Shown in pieces: positions 49,291 to 57,875 of a stretch of DNA of 64,000 nucleotides. The stretch is from a virus: the IMG/VR virus record IMGVR_UViG_3300021964_000013, one strand, 5' to 3'. The notes under the pieces are model-generated. The model worked only from the letters and a program-made list of their open reading frames with translations, was not told where the DNA came from and searched no databases. The stretch's first letter is position 1. Every line of letters begins with the position of its first letter. A program made the translations under genes and the position numbers.

Positions 49291-49986
49291 TTAGTTTAAG
49301 TAAGCTTTACCGCTTGTTGAGTTTACAAATTTCACAGTTAAGTTATTGGTGTCTACATATTCAACTTCAGCAACAACCTGTATGTCGCTTGAGTTAACTA
49401 TAGTCACCGAAGGGTTTTTATTTAACCCGTGGTTAATCTCCCAAGTAGTAGAATTAACTTCTTGAGAGTACACATAAGTCTTATCACCTGTTCCTGATGA
49501 TACTGAAATTATAAAGTATTCATTATCAGTAAAAACACCGTTTCCATTTAAAGAGTCTACAGAAACCTGCAAGAAGTTGGGATAGTTTACACTTATTGAT
49601 ATATCGTTTATGCTATACACGCAGTACGTATCTTGATCAGAGTAGCTAGACATTATAATCTTTTCAGAAACAACTCTCCTAACAAGCTTCTCTATAGACT
49701 CTCCTTTAGAGTTATACCTGCTAATTAGAAAAGATGTGAAGCCAGTCATACTAGTGTTATTACCGCCAAAGCTTGATCTAGCGATAGTAGCATAACCAAG
49801 ATCGTCAACAGAGTTGACAAACTTCATGCTAAACTGTGTATTAGACTTTACAATGTCGTTTTTACTAAAATACTCGCCTATACTATCAAGCGAGTAATTT
49901 TTAGTAGAACCCGAGCTATCCGTACCTAGTACTTTATCTTGCCCAGATACATTAGTATCTAACTCGTAATTCTCTAATCTAGCCAT
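49291..49986 (-). CDS. Structural (tail-associated) protein
   Basis: C-terminal TWEINHGLNKNPSVTIV...SGKAYLN domain. Confidence 0.6.
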   Translation of the reverse strand: MARLENYELDTNVSGQDKVLGTDSSGSTKNYSLDSIGEYFSKNDIVKSNTQFSMKFVNSVDDLGYATIARSSFGGNNTSMTGFTSFLISRYNSKGESIEKLVRRVVSEKIIMSSYSDQDTYCVYSINDISISVNYPNFLQVSVDSLNGNGVFTDNEYFIISVSSGTGDKTYVYSQEVNSTTWEINHGLNKNPSVTIVNSSDIQVVAEVEYVDTNNLTVKFVNSTSGKAYLN

Positions 49987-50434
49987 CTTTTGAGTTTTTT
50001 ACAGCTGATCCGAAGAAGTAGCCGAATATACTAAGCACTATACCCTCACAGATACCTATAAGGTGTATCCAGACTTCCTTATTGTTCTCAGGGATATCAA
50101 GATACACTATAGCATAAATAATGAATAAGAACGCTCCTAAACCGGTCAAGCCAGTTAGGTTAAACATGAGATCAAACTTCTTTGTTTTAGAAATCTCAAC
50201 CTCTCTTTTCCGCGCACTGTCCCTGTCTGCTACCTCTAGCTCGTAAAGCTCTCTAACCCTATCGTGTAGTAGTTTTTTCTCTTCTGGTGATATAGAATCA
50301 TCAGAGTCGATTAAGTTCTTAACTATACCAAGAGCACCAGAGTCGGGGAGTAGATCACCAACCATGTCAATGACATTTGGTAACTTTTCAGCCAGTAATT
50401 TACCGGCTTTGGTATCTTTAAGTTTTTTAGACAT
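49979..50434 (-). CDS. Holin-like membrane protein
   Basis: DRDSARKRE motif, two TM helices, C-terminal YFFGS. Confidence 0.65.
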   Translation of the reverse strand: MSKKLKDTKAGKLLAEKLPNVIDMVGDLLPDSGALGIVKNLIDSDDSISPEEKKLLHDRVRELYELEVADRDSARKREVEISKTKKFDLMFNLTGLTGLGAFLFIIYAIVYLDIPENNKEVWIHLIGICEGIVLSIFGYFFGSAVKNSKDG

Positions 50435-50639
50435 CTTTATTAAAAACCACTTTGTAAAGAGACCTTGTAGCTTCAGCCACCCTCTTTAAATACTTTTTAA
50501 AAATACCAGCTTGTTTTTCAGCTTCGTCTGGTACGAAGTTTTTATTCTCGTCTTTAATCTCACTTAAATGCAACAAAACTAAGTAAGTTGCGATGAGTAC
50601 GAGTACTATAAGTAGTAACCACATAATTAACATTTCCAA
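50427..50639 (-). CDS. Small membrane protein
   Basis: N-terminal TM helix followed by DENKNFVPD. Confidence 0.55.
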   Translation of the reverse strand: MEMLIMWLLLIVLVLIATYLVLLHLSEIKDENKNFVPDEAEKQAGIFKKYLKRVAEATRSLYKVVFNKDV

Positions 50640-50902
50640 CGGCGTCTAGCAGCTCTACCTCTTTCAGAGGTCCAACCTTTCGATCTAGCACAGAAAGATT
50701 TTCTACGCTTAGCTGCTTTACTACCTGGTTTAACATCCCCAGTAACAGCTGTCTTTAACTTGCTGCCTGGGTTTTCTTTTCTATAACGCTCAACGCCTTT
50801 TTTGGTCATACCAGCCCCTTCTTCAGTTGTTCTGAAGTTACGACCTTCGCCTTTCGTTGTTTTTCTAACCTTTTTAAAAGGTGAGTCTTGAACGTAAGCC
50901 AT
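50627..50902 (-). CDS. Small basic protein (DUF6321-like)
   Basis: GMTKKGV..YRKENPGSKLKTAVT...RRKSFCARS...RRRWKC. Confidence 0.7.
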   Translation of the reverse strand: MAYVQDSPFKKVRKTTKGEGRNFRTTEEGAGMTKKGVERYRKENPGSKLKTAVTGDVKPGSKAAKRRKSFCARSKGWTSERGRAARRRWKC

Positions 50903-51015
50903 TATTTCTTTCTTGTTCTTTTAGTGATAGGCACACAGTTTGGTACTTTCTTACCTCCCTTTTCTTTAGTCCCTATCATTTCATAGCCTTTCCAGCAAGG
51001 TTTACTTTTTGCCAT
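50902..51015 (-). CDS. 37-aa basic peptide with a CWKGY...VPNCVP motif (not in ORF track)
   Basis: MAKSKPCWKGYEMIGTKEKGGKKVPNCVPITKRTRKK*; TAATG coupling. Confidence 0.7.
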   Translation of the reverse strand: MAKSKPCWKGYEMIGTKEKGGKKVPNCVPITKRTRKK

Positions 51016-52540
51016 TTCCAAAACCTTTCATTTTAAAGCCACTAGATTGGTTTAATTTACCAGTGACGATACCTTTTGCACTTCTAGTAACATTCTGCGT
51101 TACAGAGCGTCCAGGAGTGCTACTATCAATGTTTTGAGCACCTGTTGTCTCACCAGCGCTTGCTTTTTTGCTAGGTCCCCACATTTTAGCAGGTGATTCA
51201 CCGTACATCATTCTTGATTTATGCGTACGTCTCATTTTAAACGCTGATCTAGAGTTTTCCATGTCTTCAGTCAACATAGCGTCAGCCTCAGCCGAAACAA
51301 CATCTTCAATGCTCTGACCATATGATTCACTCATTTTAGGTAGATCAGATGAAGGTGCTTCAACACCAGCCATAGGGTCTGAGTCAATACCTTTACCACC
51401 TACTGGACCTGCTGGACTTGATGGTTTTTCACCAAACATTTCTGTAGAAGAACTTTTCTGTGGTTTAGATGGTGCTTCAGAGCCCATAGGAGCTTTTGCA
51501 TCAACACCACCTAAATCTCTTAGATCAAAGTCTTGCGCTTCGCTCATAGCGTCAGCTGGCTTAGTCATATCAACCTTAGCCAGTGTTTCAGCGCCTTTTG
51601 ATTCAGCTTGAATTCTAGGTGAAGTTTTAGGTACTAGGTTAACCTTAGCTTCGGGTGTTCTTGCGGCTTCAGATTTTTGACCGCCATTATCAGCATACTC
51701 TTCGTAGCTCATAGCCTCGGTACCGTCAGCTTTGATCAACTGACCAGCTTGTTGCTCGCCCTGAGGCCTACGGTTCATGTCTGTTCTAATAGTATTGCGT
51801 CTGTTAGCTTGGTAGCCTTGAGAGGTAATCGCATCGAAACCTTCAGTTCCTTCAATACCACCATCAATACCGATCTGTCTTTGAGCAATGTTACCCTGAC
51901 CGTAGCGCATGCGTTGTGCGTTACCGATCTCAGCATCGTATTCAGATTGGTCGATAACACCTTTGTTTAATGCTTTATTAAGGTTACGCTCAGCTTGGCG
52001 ACCTCTACGCTTTTCGTCTCTTACAGATGCACGTTGTGTTCTTCTAGCAAAGCGAGCTTCCCATGGGTAGAAAGTATCTACTTTATCAGCCTCGCGGTAC
52101 TCAGTTGTCTGAGGACTCGCTTCGATATTTCTGGTACCTGATGCTTCTGTTCCAGGTGTAGCTGGTGTAGCAGCTTCTCTAACACCGTCTTTGACCTCTC
52201 TAGAATATCTTCTTTCTTTCTGCTCTGGAGTCTCGTTAGCTAGGTATTTTTTCCAGTTTTCGTTAGACATTTTATTGTCATAACTACCTGTTACCTTACC
52301 TGGTTTAGCTGGTGAACCTGCGGATGCTGGTGTAACATCAACTTGGTCGTCAACATCATACTTGTAACCGCCTTTGTTTACGGTCATAGCACCTTTCTTT
52401 TCTGGTACACCTACTTGGTTACCGCTTGCATCAACCGCTTTTAAAGGCGTAGATTTACTTCTGTGCGTAATAGGTTTACTTCCCATACTATTGTTTTTTA
52501 TAGGCTTCCTTTTCCCATGGCAGGGACTTTGCGCCTTCAT
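51002..52540 (-). CDS. Low-complexity 512-aa protein with STPLK/SPAK/FKM motifs
   Basis: Disorder-like composition with basic termini. Confidence 0.65.
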   Translation of the reverse strand: MKAQSPCHGKRKPIKNNSMGSKPITHRSKSTPLKAVDASGNQVGVPEKKGAMTVNKGGYKYDVDDQVDVTPASAGSPAKPGKVTGSYDNKMSNENWKKYLANETPEQKERRYSREVKDGVREAATPATPGTEASGTRNIEASPQTTEYREADKVDTFYPWEARFARRTQRASVRDEKRRGRQAERNLNKALNKGVIDQSEYDAEIGNAQRMRYGQGNIAQRQIGIDGGIEGTEGFDAITSQGYQANRRNTIRTDMNRRPQGEQQAGQLIKADGTEAMSYEEYADNGGQKSEAARTPEAKVNLVPKTSPRIQAESKGAETLAKVDMTKPADAMSEAQDFDLRDLGGVDAKAPMGSEAPSKPQKSSSTEMFGEKPSSPAGPVGGKGIDSDPMAGVEAPSSDLPKMSESYGQSIEDVVSAEADAMLTEDMENSRSAFKMRRTHKSRMMYGESPAKMWGPSKKASAGETTGAQNIDSSTPGRSVTQNVTRSAKGIVTGKLNQSSGFKMKGFGNGKK

Positions 52541-52823
52541 TCATTTTTGATCGTTTGTATACTTTACCTTTCCAGTACACGTTTTGATCATCATAGTCCA
52601 AGTCTCCCCTGTTCATTTGATCAATGTGCACCTTTTCATGAGAGATAGCCTCTTTAACCTTGTTAAGCGGTGTTGAAGGATCTACATATATAGAACCGTC
52701 TTTATTGGCCTCGGCCACAACACCTTCTTCAAGCTTTTTCAAGAAGATAGGTGTACCCGGCGTACTTTCTTCAGCTACCACTCTATCAAGCTTGCTGAGG
52801 TTATTCCTCATTTTATATGCCAT
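52488..52823 (-). CDS. Small zincin-like metallopeptidase
   Basis: ISHEKVHIDQM (HExxH) and a downstream WEKEAY glutamate. Confidence 0.65.
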   Translation of the reverse strand: MAYKMRNNLSKLDRVVAEESTPGTPIFLKKLEEGVVAEANKDGSIYVDPSTPLNKVKEAISHEKVHIDQMNRGDLDYDDQNVYWKGKVYKRSKMNEGAKSLPWEKEAYKKQ

Positions 52824-53263
52824 TATCTTTCACTGTCTTTAATCATGTCGTCTACACCAGAGGAGTAAACCTTGCTAGAATAGGATTTTCGTTTACTGAA
52901 CACACTTCTTTCGGATGTTGGTATATCCTCTTCACCGAGTAATATCCTATATATCCTGCTTATCAAATGCTTACCTTTAGTGCTGACAGTATAGATCGTG
53001 TATTTCTGCGTTGTTCTATTCCTCTCACGCCAGACTGTAATCCAACCATCTCTACGTAAACGTTCCCATCTATGTTTGTCCCAAGAATATGTCTTAGTAC
53101 CTACTTTAAAATCATTACGCGTAAATCGGTTTTTGCAATCTAAATAGATTAACAATTCAAGGTCTGCATCGTTGATACTGTATGTCTTACAGGCCCATTT
53201 TCTAACGAGCCTGTAGTACATAAACAGTTTCATATCTCTTATGTCAGATGAGTCTAATTTCAT
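52823..53263 (-). CDS. Winged-helix-like protein
   Basis: DLELLIYL...RLRRDGWI...YTVSTKGK is MarR/wHTH-like. Confidence 0.5.
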   Translation of the reverse strand: MKLDSSDIRDMKLFMYYRLVRKWACKTYSINDADLELLIYLDCKNRFTRNDFKVGTKTYSWDKHRWERLRRDGWITVWRERNRTTQKYTIYTVSTKGKHLISRIYRILLGEEDIPTSERSVFSKRKSYSSKVYSSGVDDMIKDSER

Positions 53264-53523
53264 TATTCGACTAGAACTATATCTCCAGCTGTAATAACTT
53301 GGTAGGACTCTCCGTTGTAATCGATAACATGACCTGAGTGCCTATCGTAGTAGACCACCTCGCCTTCTTTAATGACATCTTTGACTTTATCGCCTACACT
53401 GACAACGTCAGCCTTTAGGTACCTATTGTCACTATCCAGGTTATCCGTGATCTCAAGACCACCAATAGTCTTAGATTCTATCTTGTGGCGCTTTACTAGC
53501 ACATAAAAATTAACTGCGCGCAT
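53263..53523 (-). CDS. groES: Co-chaperonin GroES
   Basis: KTIGGL mobile loop, VVSVG..VIKEGEVVYY; directly after groEL. Confidence 0.85.
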   Translation of the reverse strand: MRAVNFYVLVKRHKIESKTIGGLEITDNLDSDNRYLKADVVSVGDKVKDVIKEGEVVYYDRHSGHVIDYNGESYQVITAGDIVLVE

Positions 53524-55078
53524 TTTCTATTCTTTTGTTTGAGATTACACAATCGGCTGAGATAATTGTCTTGACAACGCTAACCGCGTTAGACAATGCT
53601 GTTTTAGTTACTAGCACTGGGTCGATAACACCGGCTTTTACCATATTGGTAACTTTTCCAGTCATAACGTTGATGCCTGTGCCTTTAGGTAGCCTTTCTG
53701 TCATTGGCTCTAGGCCAGCGTTTTCTAAAACGGTTACAAAGGGGTAGTCAATAGCGGCGAGCAAGACTTCCTCTCCCATGTTCTTGGCACTGATTCTTTC
53801 AGACGCGTTACGCAGTGCAACGCCTCCACCAGGTACGATGCCGTCCTTAAGTGCTGCTTTTGTTGCATACAAGGCATCTTCGACCCTGTCTTTCTTTTCT
53901 TTAAGCTCAACTTTTGATAGTGCACCCACACGTACAACTCCAACATGGCCAGATAACATACCAAGTCGTTGTTCAAGTTTAGCTTTGATGTATGGGTTTT
54001 TTTCATCTTTAATTTTCGCTTCTACGCTTTCGATACGGTCAAGCGCTTCTTGAGGCGTCTCTTCAACAGTAATCACAGTGTTTTTACTATCTGTTACTGA
54101 TTTTAACGCTCTACCTAAGCAACTTGGGTCAATCATATCAAGATCATCACCTAATTCCTCGTTCATCACCTGTGCGCCTGTGATAGCAGCAAGATCAGCA
54201 ATAGTGTCTTGTCTCGTTGGTCCAAAGCCCGGAGGATCGATAATATTCACCTTGATATTACCTTTTACCTTGTTCATTAACAAAGTTTGCAGTGGCTGCT
54301 GCTCTAGCTCAGCTACAATAAGTAATTCCTCATTGTTCTTAATAGCGTGTTCTAGGATGTTTTGTATCTTACGGATATTAGGTATTGGTGAAGACACAAT
54401 AAGTACGAGAGGGTTCTCTAAAATAGCTCTACCCTTGTCCTTGTCAGTGATTAAGTAGGGTGATTTAAGCCCAGAGTCAAACTGCGTACCGTCAACAACG
54501 TCTACATAGGTGGCTTCTGTCTCACTTTCTTCCATCAACACAACGCCGTTTCGCCCGACTTGGGAAAAAGCATCAGCAATTATGCGCCCAAGCTCGGTAT
54601 CGTTGTTTGTTGAGATAGTCGCAACATCATAAAGCCTTTCTTCAGTGACGTCGATGCTAATTTTATCTAGGTACATGAGCACTTTTATCAGTGCAGTGTC
54701 CAAACCATCACGAATCTCACGGTTGCTTGCCGTCTGCCGCGCCTTAATCGCCAACATCAGCATATTGTACGCCAATATTGTTGCTGTGGTCGTACCGTCA
54801 CCAGCCTCTTTCACTGTATTGCGCGCTGCCTCCTTAATAAGTGTTGCCCCCATATTCTCAATTGGGTCCTCTAAGATCACAGACTCAGCAACTGTAACAC
54901 CATCTTTGGTGATTACTGGTCTTCCGAGCGCATCTTCATAGATCACACACTTACCAGAAGCCCCCAAAGTGCTACTCACCGCTTCAGCGAGCTTTCTTAC
55001 ACCTTCTAAAAGGCCATTTTCTGCCTTTGAACCAAACACAAGGTCCTTTACAATTTCACTAGGTTGATTGAATTCCAT
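53510..55078 (-). CDS. groEL: Chaperonin GroEL
   Basis: [30 protein letters not shown] motifs. Confidence 0.95.
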   Translation of the reverse strand: MEFNQPSEIVKDLVFGSKAENGLLEGVRKLAEAVSSTLGASGKCVIYEDALGRPVITKDGVTVAESVILEDPIENMGATLIKEAARNTVKEAGDGTTTATILAYNMLMLAIKARQTASNREIRDGLDTALIKVLMYLDKISIDVTEERLYDVATISTNNDTELGRIIADAFSQVGRNGVVLMEESETEATYVDVVDGTQFDSGLKSPYLITDKDKGRAILENPLVLIVSSPIPNIRKIQNILEHAIKNNEELLIVAELEQQPLQTLLMNKVKGNIKVNIIDPPGFGPTRQDTIADLAAITGAQVMNEELGDDLDMIDPSCLGRALKSVTDSKNTVITVEETPQEALDRIESVEAKIKDEKNPYIKAKLEQRLGMLSGHVGVVRVGALSKVELKEKKDRVEDALYATKAALKDGIVPGGGVALRNASERISAKNMGEEVLLAAIDYPFVTVLENAGLEPMTERLPKGTGINVMTGKVTNMVKAGVIDPVLVTKTALSNAVSVVKTIISADCVISNKRIENARS

Positions 55079-55109
55079 ACTAAAACATCTTTTTTTATTG
55101 TTCTAGTAT

Positions 55110-55117
55110 CAAATATA
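55110..55117 (-). promoter_or_regulatory. Bacteroidota-type -7 promoter box (TATATTTG) upstream of groEL
   Basis: TAnnTTTG about 30 nt upstream of the groEL ATG. Confidence 0.5.
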
Positions 55118-55143
55118 CCCATTTATGGGTCGATTTTAGAATT

Positions 55144-55389
55144 TCACCCCTTGGTATTGTACTTCTTAGTGCCTTTTCCGTGCCCAGAGCGGTTCTTTTT
55201 CACACTAACGAACCTTTTTTCGTTGTGGTCATAGTCCATACCATCGATATTTCGCCCAGCTTTCTTAGCTGCACGTCTCTTTCTCTGGTTTTCTGCACGC
55301 ATACGCGTTCTACGCGGAGATTTTGCCTCGGCTAGATCCCTAGCCCTCTTACGCCGCAACGCGGCCGCTGATAATTTTTGCTTAGCCAT
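55144..55389 (-). CDS. Very basic small protein with a degenerate HNH-like motif
   Basis: Arg/Lys-rich; GMDYDH...KNR. Confidence 0.55.
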   Translation of the reverse strand: MAKQKLSAAALRRKRARDLAEAKSPRRTRMRAENQRKRRAAKKAGRNIDGMDYDHNEKRFVSVKKNRSGHGKGTKKYNTKG

Positions 55390-55711
55390 ACTTCTTATTC
55401 AAAGGAGACTTGCCCCCAGGAATAGACAAACCAACATTGTTATACGCCGGGCTGATCTTCGCAGAGTTTTTCTTCTCCCTAGATGCGTACGATGCTTTGT
55501 TTGCTCTCTTGCTCGCGTTCAAAGGAAAACCATCAGCACCAACGCCTGTCTCTGCAGCTCTAGCAGCATCGTTAGCCATATTAGCAGACTCAATAAACTT
55601 CTTGTTAGACTCGTCCTCCACCATCTTCTTTGTAACCTTGCTGCCAGGTCCAACCTGCTTCAACGGTGAACCCAAACCTCTAGGGCCACAGCCTTTTCTC
55701 TTATATGCCAT
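55382..55711 (-). CDS. Basic protein with MAYK/SPLK motifs; first gene of the late strand
   Basis: MAYKRKGCGPRGLGSPLKQ...KSPLNKKYG. Confidence 0.65.
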   Translation of the reverse strand: MAYKRKGCGPRGLGSPLKQVGPGSKVTKKMVEDESNKKFIESANMANDAARAAETGVGADGFPLNASKRANKASYASREKKNSAKISPAYNNVGLSIPGGKSPLNKKYG

Positions 55712-55905
55712 CTTGTATTTCTTTTAATGTCTATATACTAAATTACGCCTTTTTTTAATGTGTTAAGGTATATAGGGGTTTTGTATAATGCTATACATAT
55801 AGAGCTACAGCCGCGTTTTACAAAGTGATTTTCTAAACCCGGGCCTGGGTGCGTTTACGTTTTACCCTTTTAGGCTTTTGGCCTTAGCTGTATCTCTATG
55901 CTATA

Positions 55906-55936
55906 CACAGAAAAGAAACTCGGTCGGGCGTATAAT
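55906..55936 (+). promoter_or_regulatory. Early promoter motif copy 1 (CACA-N8-ACt-N10-TATAAT)
   Basis: Upstream of 55970; one mismatch in the ACG box; overlaps TATATTTG at 55936-55943. Confidence 0.75.
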
Positions 55937-55969
55937 ATATTTGATTATTAACCCACTAAATATCTAATC

Positions 55970-56209
55970 ATGGGAAAGACAAATGTAGTAGGCAAGAAAA
56001 GATTCATCATTGCCAAGAGTATGATAGGCAAAGGCCTACAAGTAGAAGTAGAAACTCGCACAGGTAATACATTCAAGTATGACCACGACCAAATCTACAC
56101 ACTGTTCAAAGAGAAGTTCGACAGTATGCCATGCTTCGATAAATATGGCAACTACACGAACAGCGACAATCTACCTAAGTTCGTACGCGAAGCACTAACT
56201 AAGAAGTAA
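55970..56209 (+). CDS. Triplicated early protein, copy 1
   Basis: Paralogue of the 56571 and 57007 ORFs; has its own promoter. Confidence 0.85.
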   Translation: MGKTNVVGKKRFIIAKSMIGKGLQVEVETRTGNTFKYDHDQIYTLFKEKFDSMPCFDKYGNYTNSDNLPKFVREALTKK

Positions 56210-56216
56210 TAACCAC

Positions 56217-56236
56217 GGGGCCGCTACGGCGGTCCC
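56217..56236 (+). other. GC-rich hairpin with a cUACGg tetraloop and no U tract
   Basis: GGGGCCGC-TACG-GCGGTCCC. Confidence 0.6.
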
Positions 56237-56251
56237 ATTAACCACTCACTC

Positions 56252-56428
56252 ATGAAGTCAATCAAAGCAAAACGTCAACAATCAAGCGTAAGTGTAATAG
56301 CACTATCAGCAATAGGCTTAGTAACAGCATCCATGTTTAAGGAAGCAGCATATGACTCAGTTCTGGTATTCCAATCAATCATGGCACTAAGTATGCTAAC
56401 AGGAGTTATCAGTATACTAACGGATTAA
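56252..56428 (+). CDS. 58-aa two-TM membrane protein (not in ORF track)
   Basis: MKSIKAKRQQSSVSVIALSAIGLVTASMFKEAAYDSVLVFQSIMALSMLTGVISILTD*. Confidence 0.6.
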   Translation: MKSIKAKRQQSSVSVIALSAIGLVTASMFKEAAYDSVLVFQSIMALSMLTGVISILTD

Positions 56429-56463
56429 GGATCCAATACATCGCAAAGCGGCAACTATCAATT

Positions 56464-56488
56464 GAGGATCTTCGGGTCCTCTTTTTTT
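56464..56488 (+). terminator. Rho-independent terminator
   Basis: GAGGATC-TTCG-GGTCCTC-T7. Confidence 0.85.
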
Positions 56489-56507
56489 ATCCTCACGCTA
56501 TGCTATA

Positions 56508-56538
56508 CACAGAAGGAAAACGCGGTTATTCGTATAAT
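56508..56538 (+). promoter_or_regulatory. Early promoter motif copy 2
   Basis: CACA-gaaggaaa-ACG-cggttattcg-TATAAT. Confidence 0.8.
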
Positions 56539-56570
56539 AGAGTTGATTATTAACTAATACCATATATACA

Positions 56571-56816
56571 ATGGGAAAATCAAATGAAGCCAAAGTGGCA
56601 AAGAAAAGATTCATTATCGCTAAATCAATGATTGGCAAGGGACTGAAAGTAGAGGTCGAAACAAGAACAGGTAACACGTTTGCCTACGATCATGATCAGA
56701 TCTATACTTTGTTCAAGGAAAAATTTGATAGTATGCCTTGCTTTGAAAAGTACGGTAACTATACTAACTCTGACAACTTGCCTAAGTTTGTTCGTGAGGC
56801 ATTGACCAAGAAGTAA
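56571..56816 (+). CDS. Triplicated early protein, copy 2
   Basis: 68 of 71 core residues identical to copy 1. Confidence 0.85.
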   Translation: MGKSNEAKVAKKRFIIAKSMIGKGLKVEVETRTGNTFAYDHDQIYTLFKEKFDSMPCFEKYGNYTNSDNLPKFVREALTKK

Positions 56817-56852
56817 TACTTCAATTACATCGCGATCGCGGAACTACCTACT

Positions 56853-56878
56853 GGGGGCCTTCGGGCTCCCTTTTTTTT
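56853..56878 (+). terminator. Rho-independent terminator
   Basis: GGGGGCC-TTCG-GGCTCCC-T8. Confidence 0.85.
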
Positions 56879-56949
56879 ACATATACTTCAGGATCCTAAG
56901 GATATGATATTCTTGAGGATCTTTTTTTATACCAACGTGTATAGCACTA

Positions 56950-56980
56950 CACAAAAAGAAAACGAACTTCTTCGTATAAT
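56950..56980 (+). promoter_or_regulatory. Early promoter motif copy 3
   Basis: CACA-aaaagaaa-ACG-aacttcttcg-TATAAT. Confidence 0.8.
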
Positions 56981-57006
56981 GAGACTGTTAATCAAATATA
57001 AGTACT

Positions 57007-57243
57007 ATGAGTAAAAAGATCGAGACAGTAGCAAAAAAGAGATTTGTCATCTCTAAAGGCCTAATCGGAAAAGGCGCAGTAATTGAGTTTGTAAATGCCA
57101 AAGGTGATACTTGTGTATACGACCACGATGTAGTGTACACTCACTTTAAGGAGAAATTTGATGGCATGCCTTGCTTCGAAAAGTATGGGAATTACACCAA
57201 CTCAAAGAACTTACCAAAGTTCGTTCGTGAGTTTTTAGGTTAA
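57007..57243 (+). CDS. Triplicated early protein, copy 3 (more diverged)
   Basis: KKRFVISKGLIGKG...YDHD..Y..FKEKFDGMPCFEKYGNYTNS.NLPKFVRE. Confidence 0.85.
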   Translation: MSKKIETVAKKRFVISKGLIGKGAVIEFVNAKGDTCVYDHDVVYTHFKEKFDGMPCFEKYGNYTNSKNLPKFVREFLG

Positions 57244-57253
57244 TCCTAAGATT

Positions 57254-57286
57254 AGGGCACCTTCGGGTGCTCTTTTCTTTTTTTTT
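57254..57286 (+). terminator. Rho-independent terminator
   Basis: AGGGCACC-TTCG-GGTGCTCT followed by a long T run. Confidence 0.85.
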
Positions 57287-57414
57287 GCACTTTGCTATAC
57301 ACAAGAAAAAAACGGAAATGCAGATCCAACTAGGTGTTAAATACTATGACAATAGCCCCCTACTAAGATCTCTTAACAGGCTAATGTCACACTTTTTGAG
57401 ATCCTCAGATTCTA

Positions 57415-57445
57415 CACAAAACCTCAACGACTATCCTGATATAAT
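57415..57445 (+). promoter_or_regulatory. Early promoter motif copy 4
   Basis: CACA-aaacctca-ACG-actatcctga-TATAAT. Confidence 0.8.
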
Positions 57446-57468
57446 ATAACTGCAATTAATGCTCACTC

Positions 57469-57669
57469 ATGACTATATATCGTATACAGATCCAAAAAGA
57501 TAACTCTGTTAAAGTTTTAGAAACTAAAAACAAACCCAGAGGCATTGTTTTAAACCCCCACCTATCATCTATGTTATTAATGAAGTATCCACGTTTGGCT
57601 ACTGGCAAGATAATCACTCTGAGAGCATCTCAGCTGTACCTATTAATCAACCAATACTACGAATCATGA
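57469..57669 (+). CDS. Hypothetical early protein
   Basis: Downstream of promoter copy 4. Confidence 0.6.
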   Translation: MTIYRIQIQKDNSVKVLETKNKPRGIVLNPHLSSMLLMKYPRLATGKIITLRASQLYLLINQYYES

Positions 57670-57875
57670 CCTGTACCTGCGGTAACGATGTCCACCCAAT
57701 CAGGATTAAATTTGGCTACACGTCCTGTGTTAGTTGTTCCACAACTCAAAAGATAGCCTGTATCCCCATTACTAACCATAAAACCGGCAATACTATCCAG
57801 TTGGTTGATCAGGCCACGGCAACACGTGTCGCTAAGTCCTCACGGCGTAAAGGCTACGGTACATGCCTACGATAA
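57666..57875 (+). CDS. Small zinc-finger protein
   Basis: CTCG...CVSCS; ATGA overlap. Confidence 0.65.
   Translation: MTCTCGNDVHPIRIKFGYTSCVSCSTTQKIACIPITNHKTGNTIQLVDQATATRVAKSSRRKGYGTCLR

Noticed and set aside
11119-54941. Numerous 60-130 aa ORFs on the + strand or in alternate frames within the late genes
   Set aside because: Antisense or shadow frames of long genes with no motifs or initiation context; only the 28431-28610 frame has independent support
57267-57449. 60-aa ORF in the track
   Set aside because: Starts inside a terminator and spans promoter motifs; more likely non-coding
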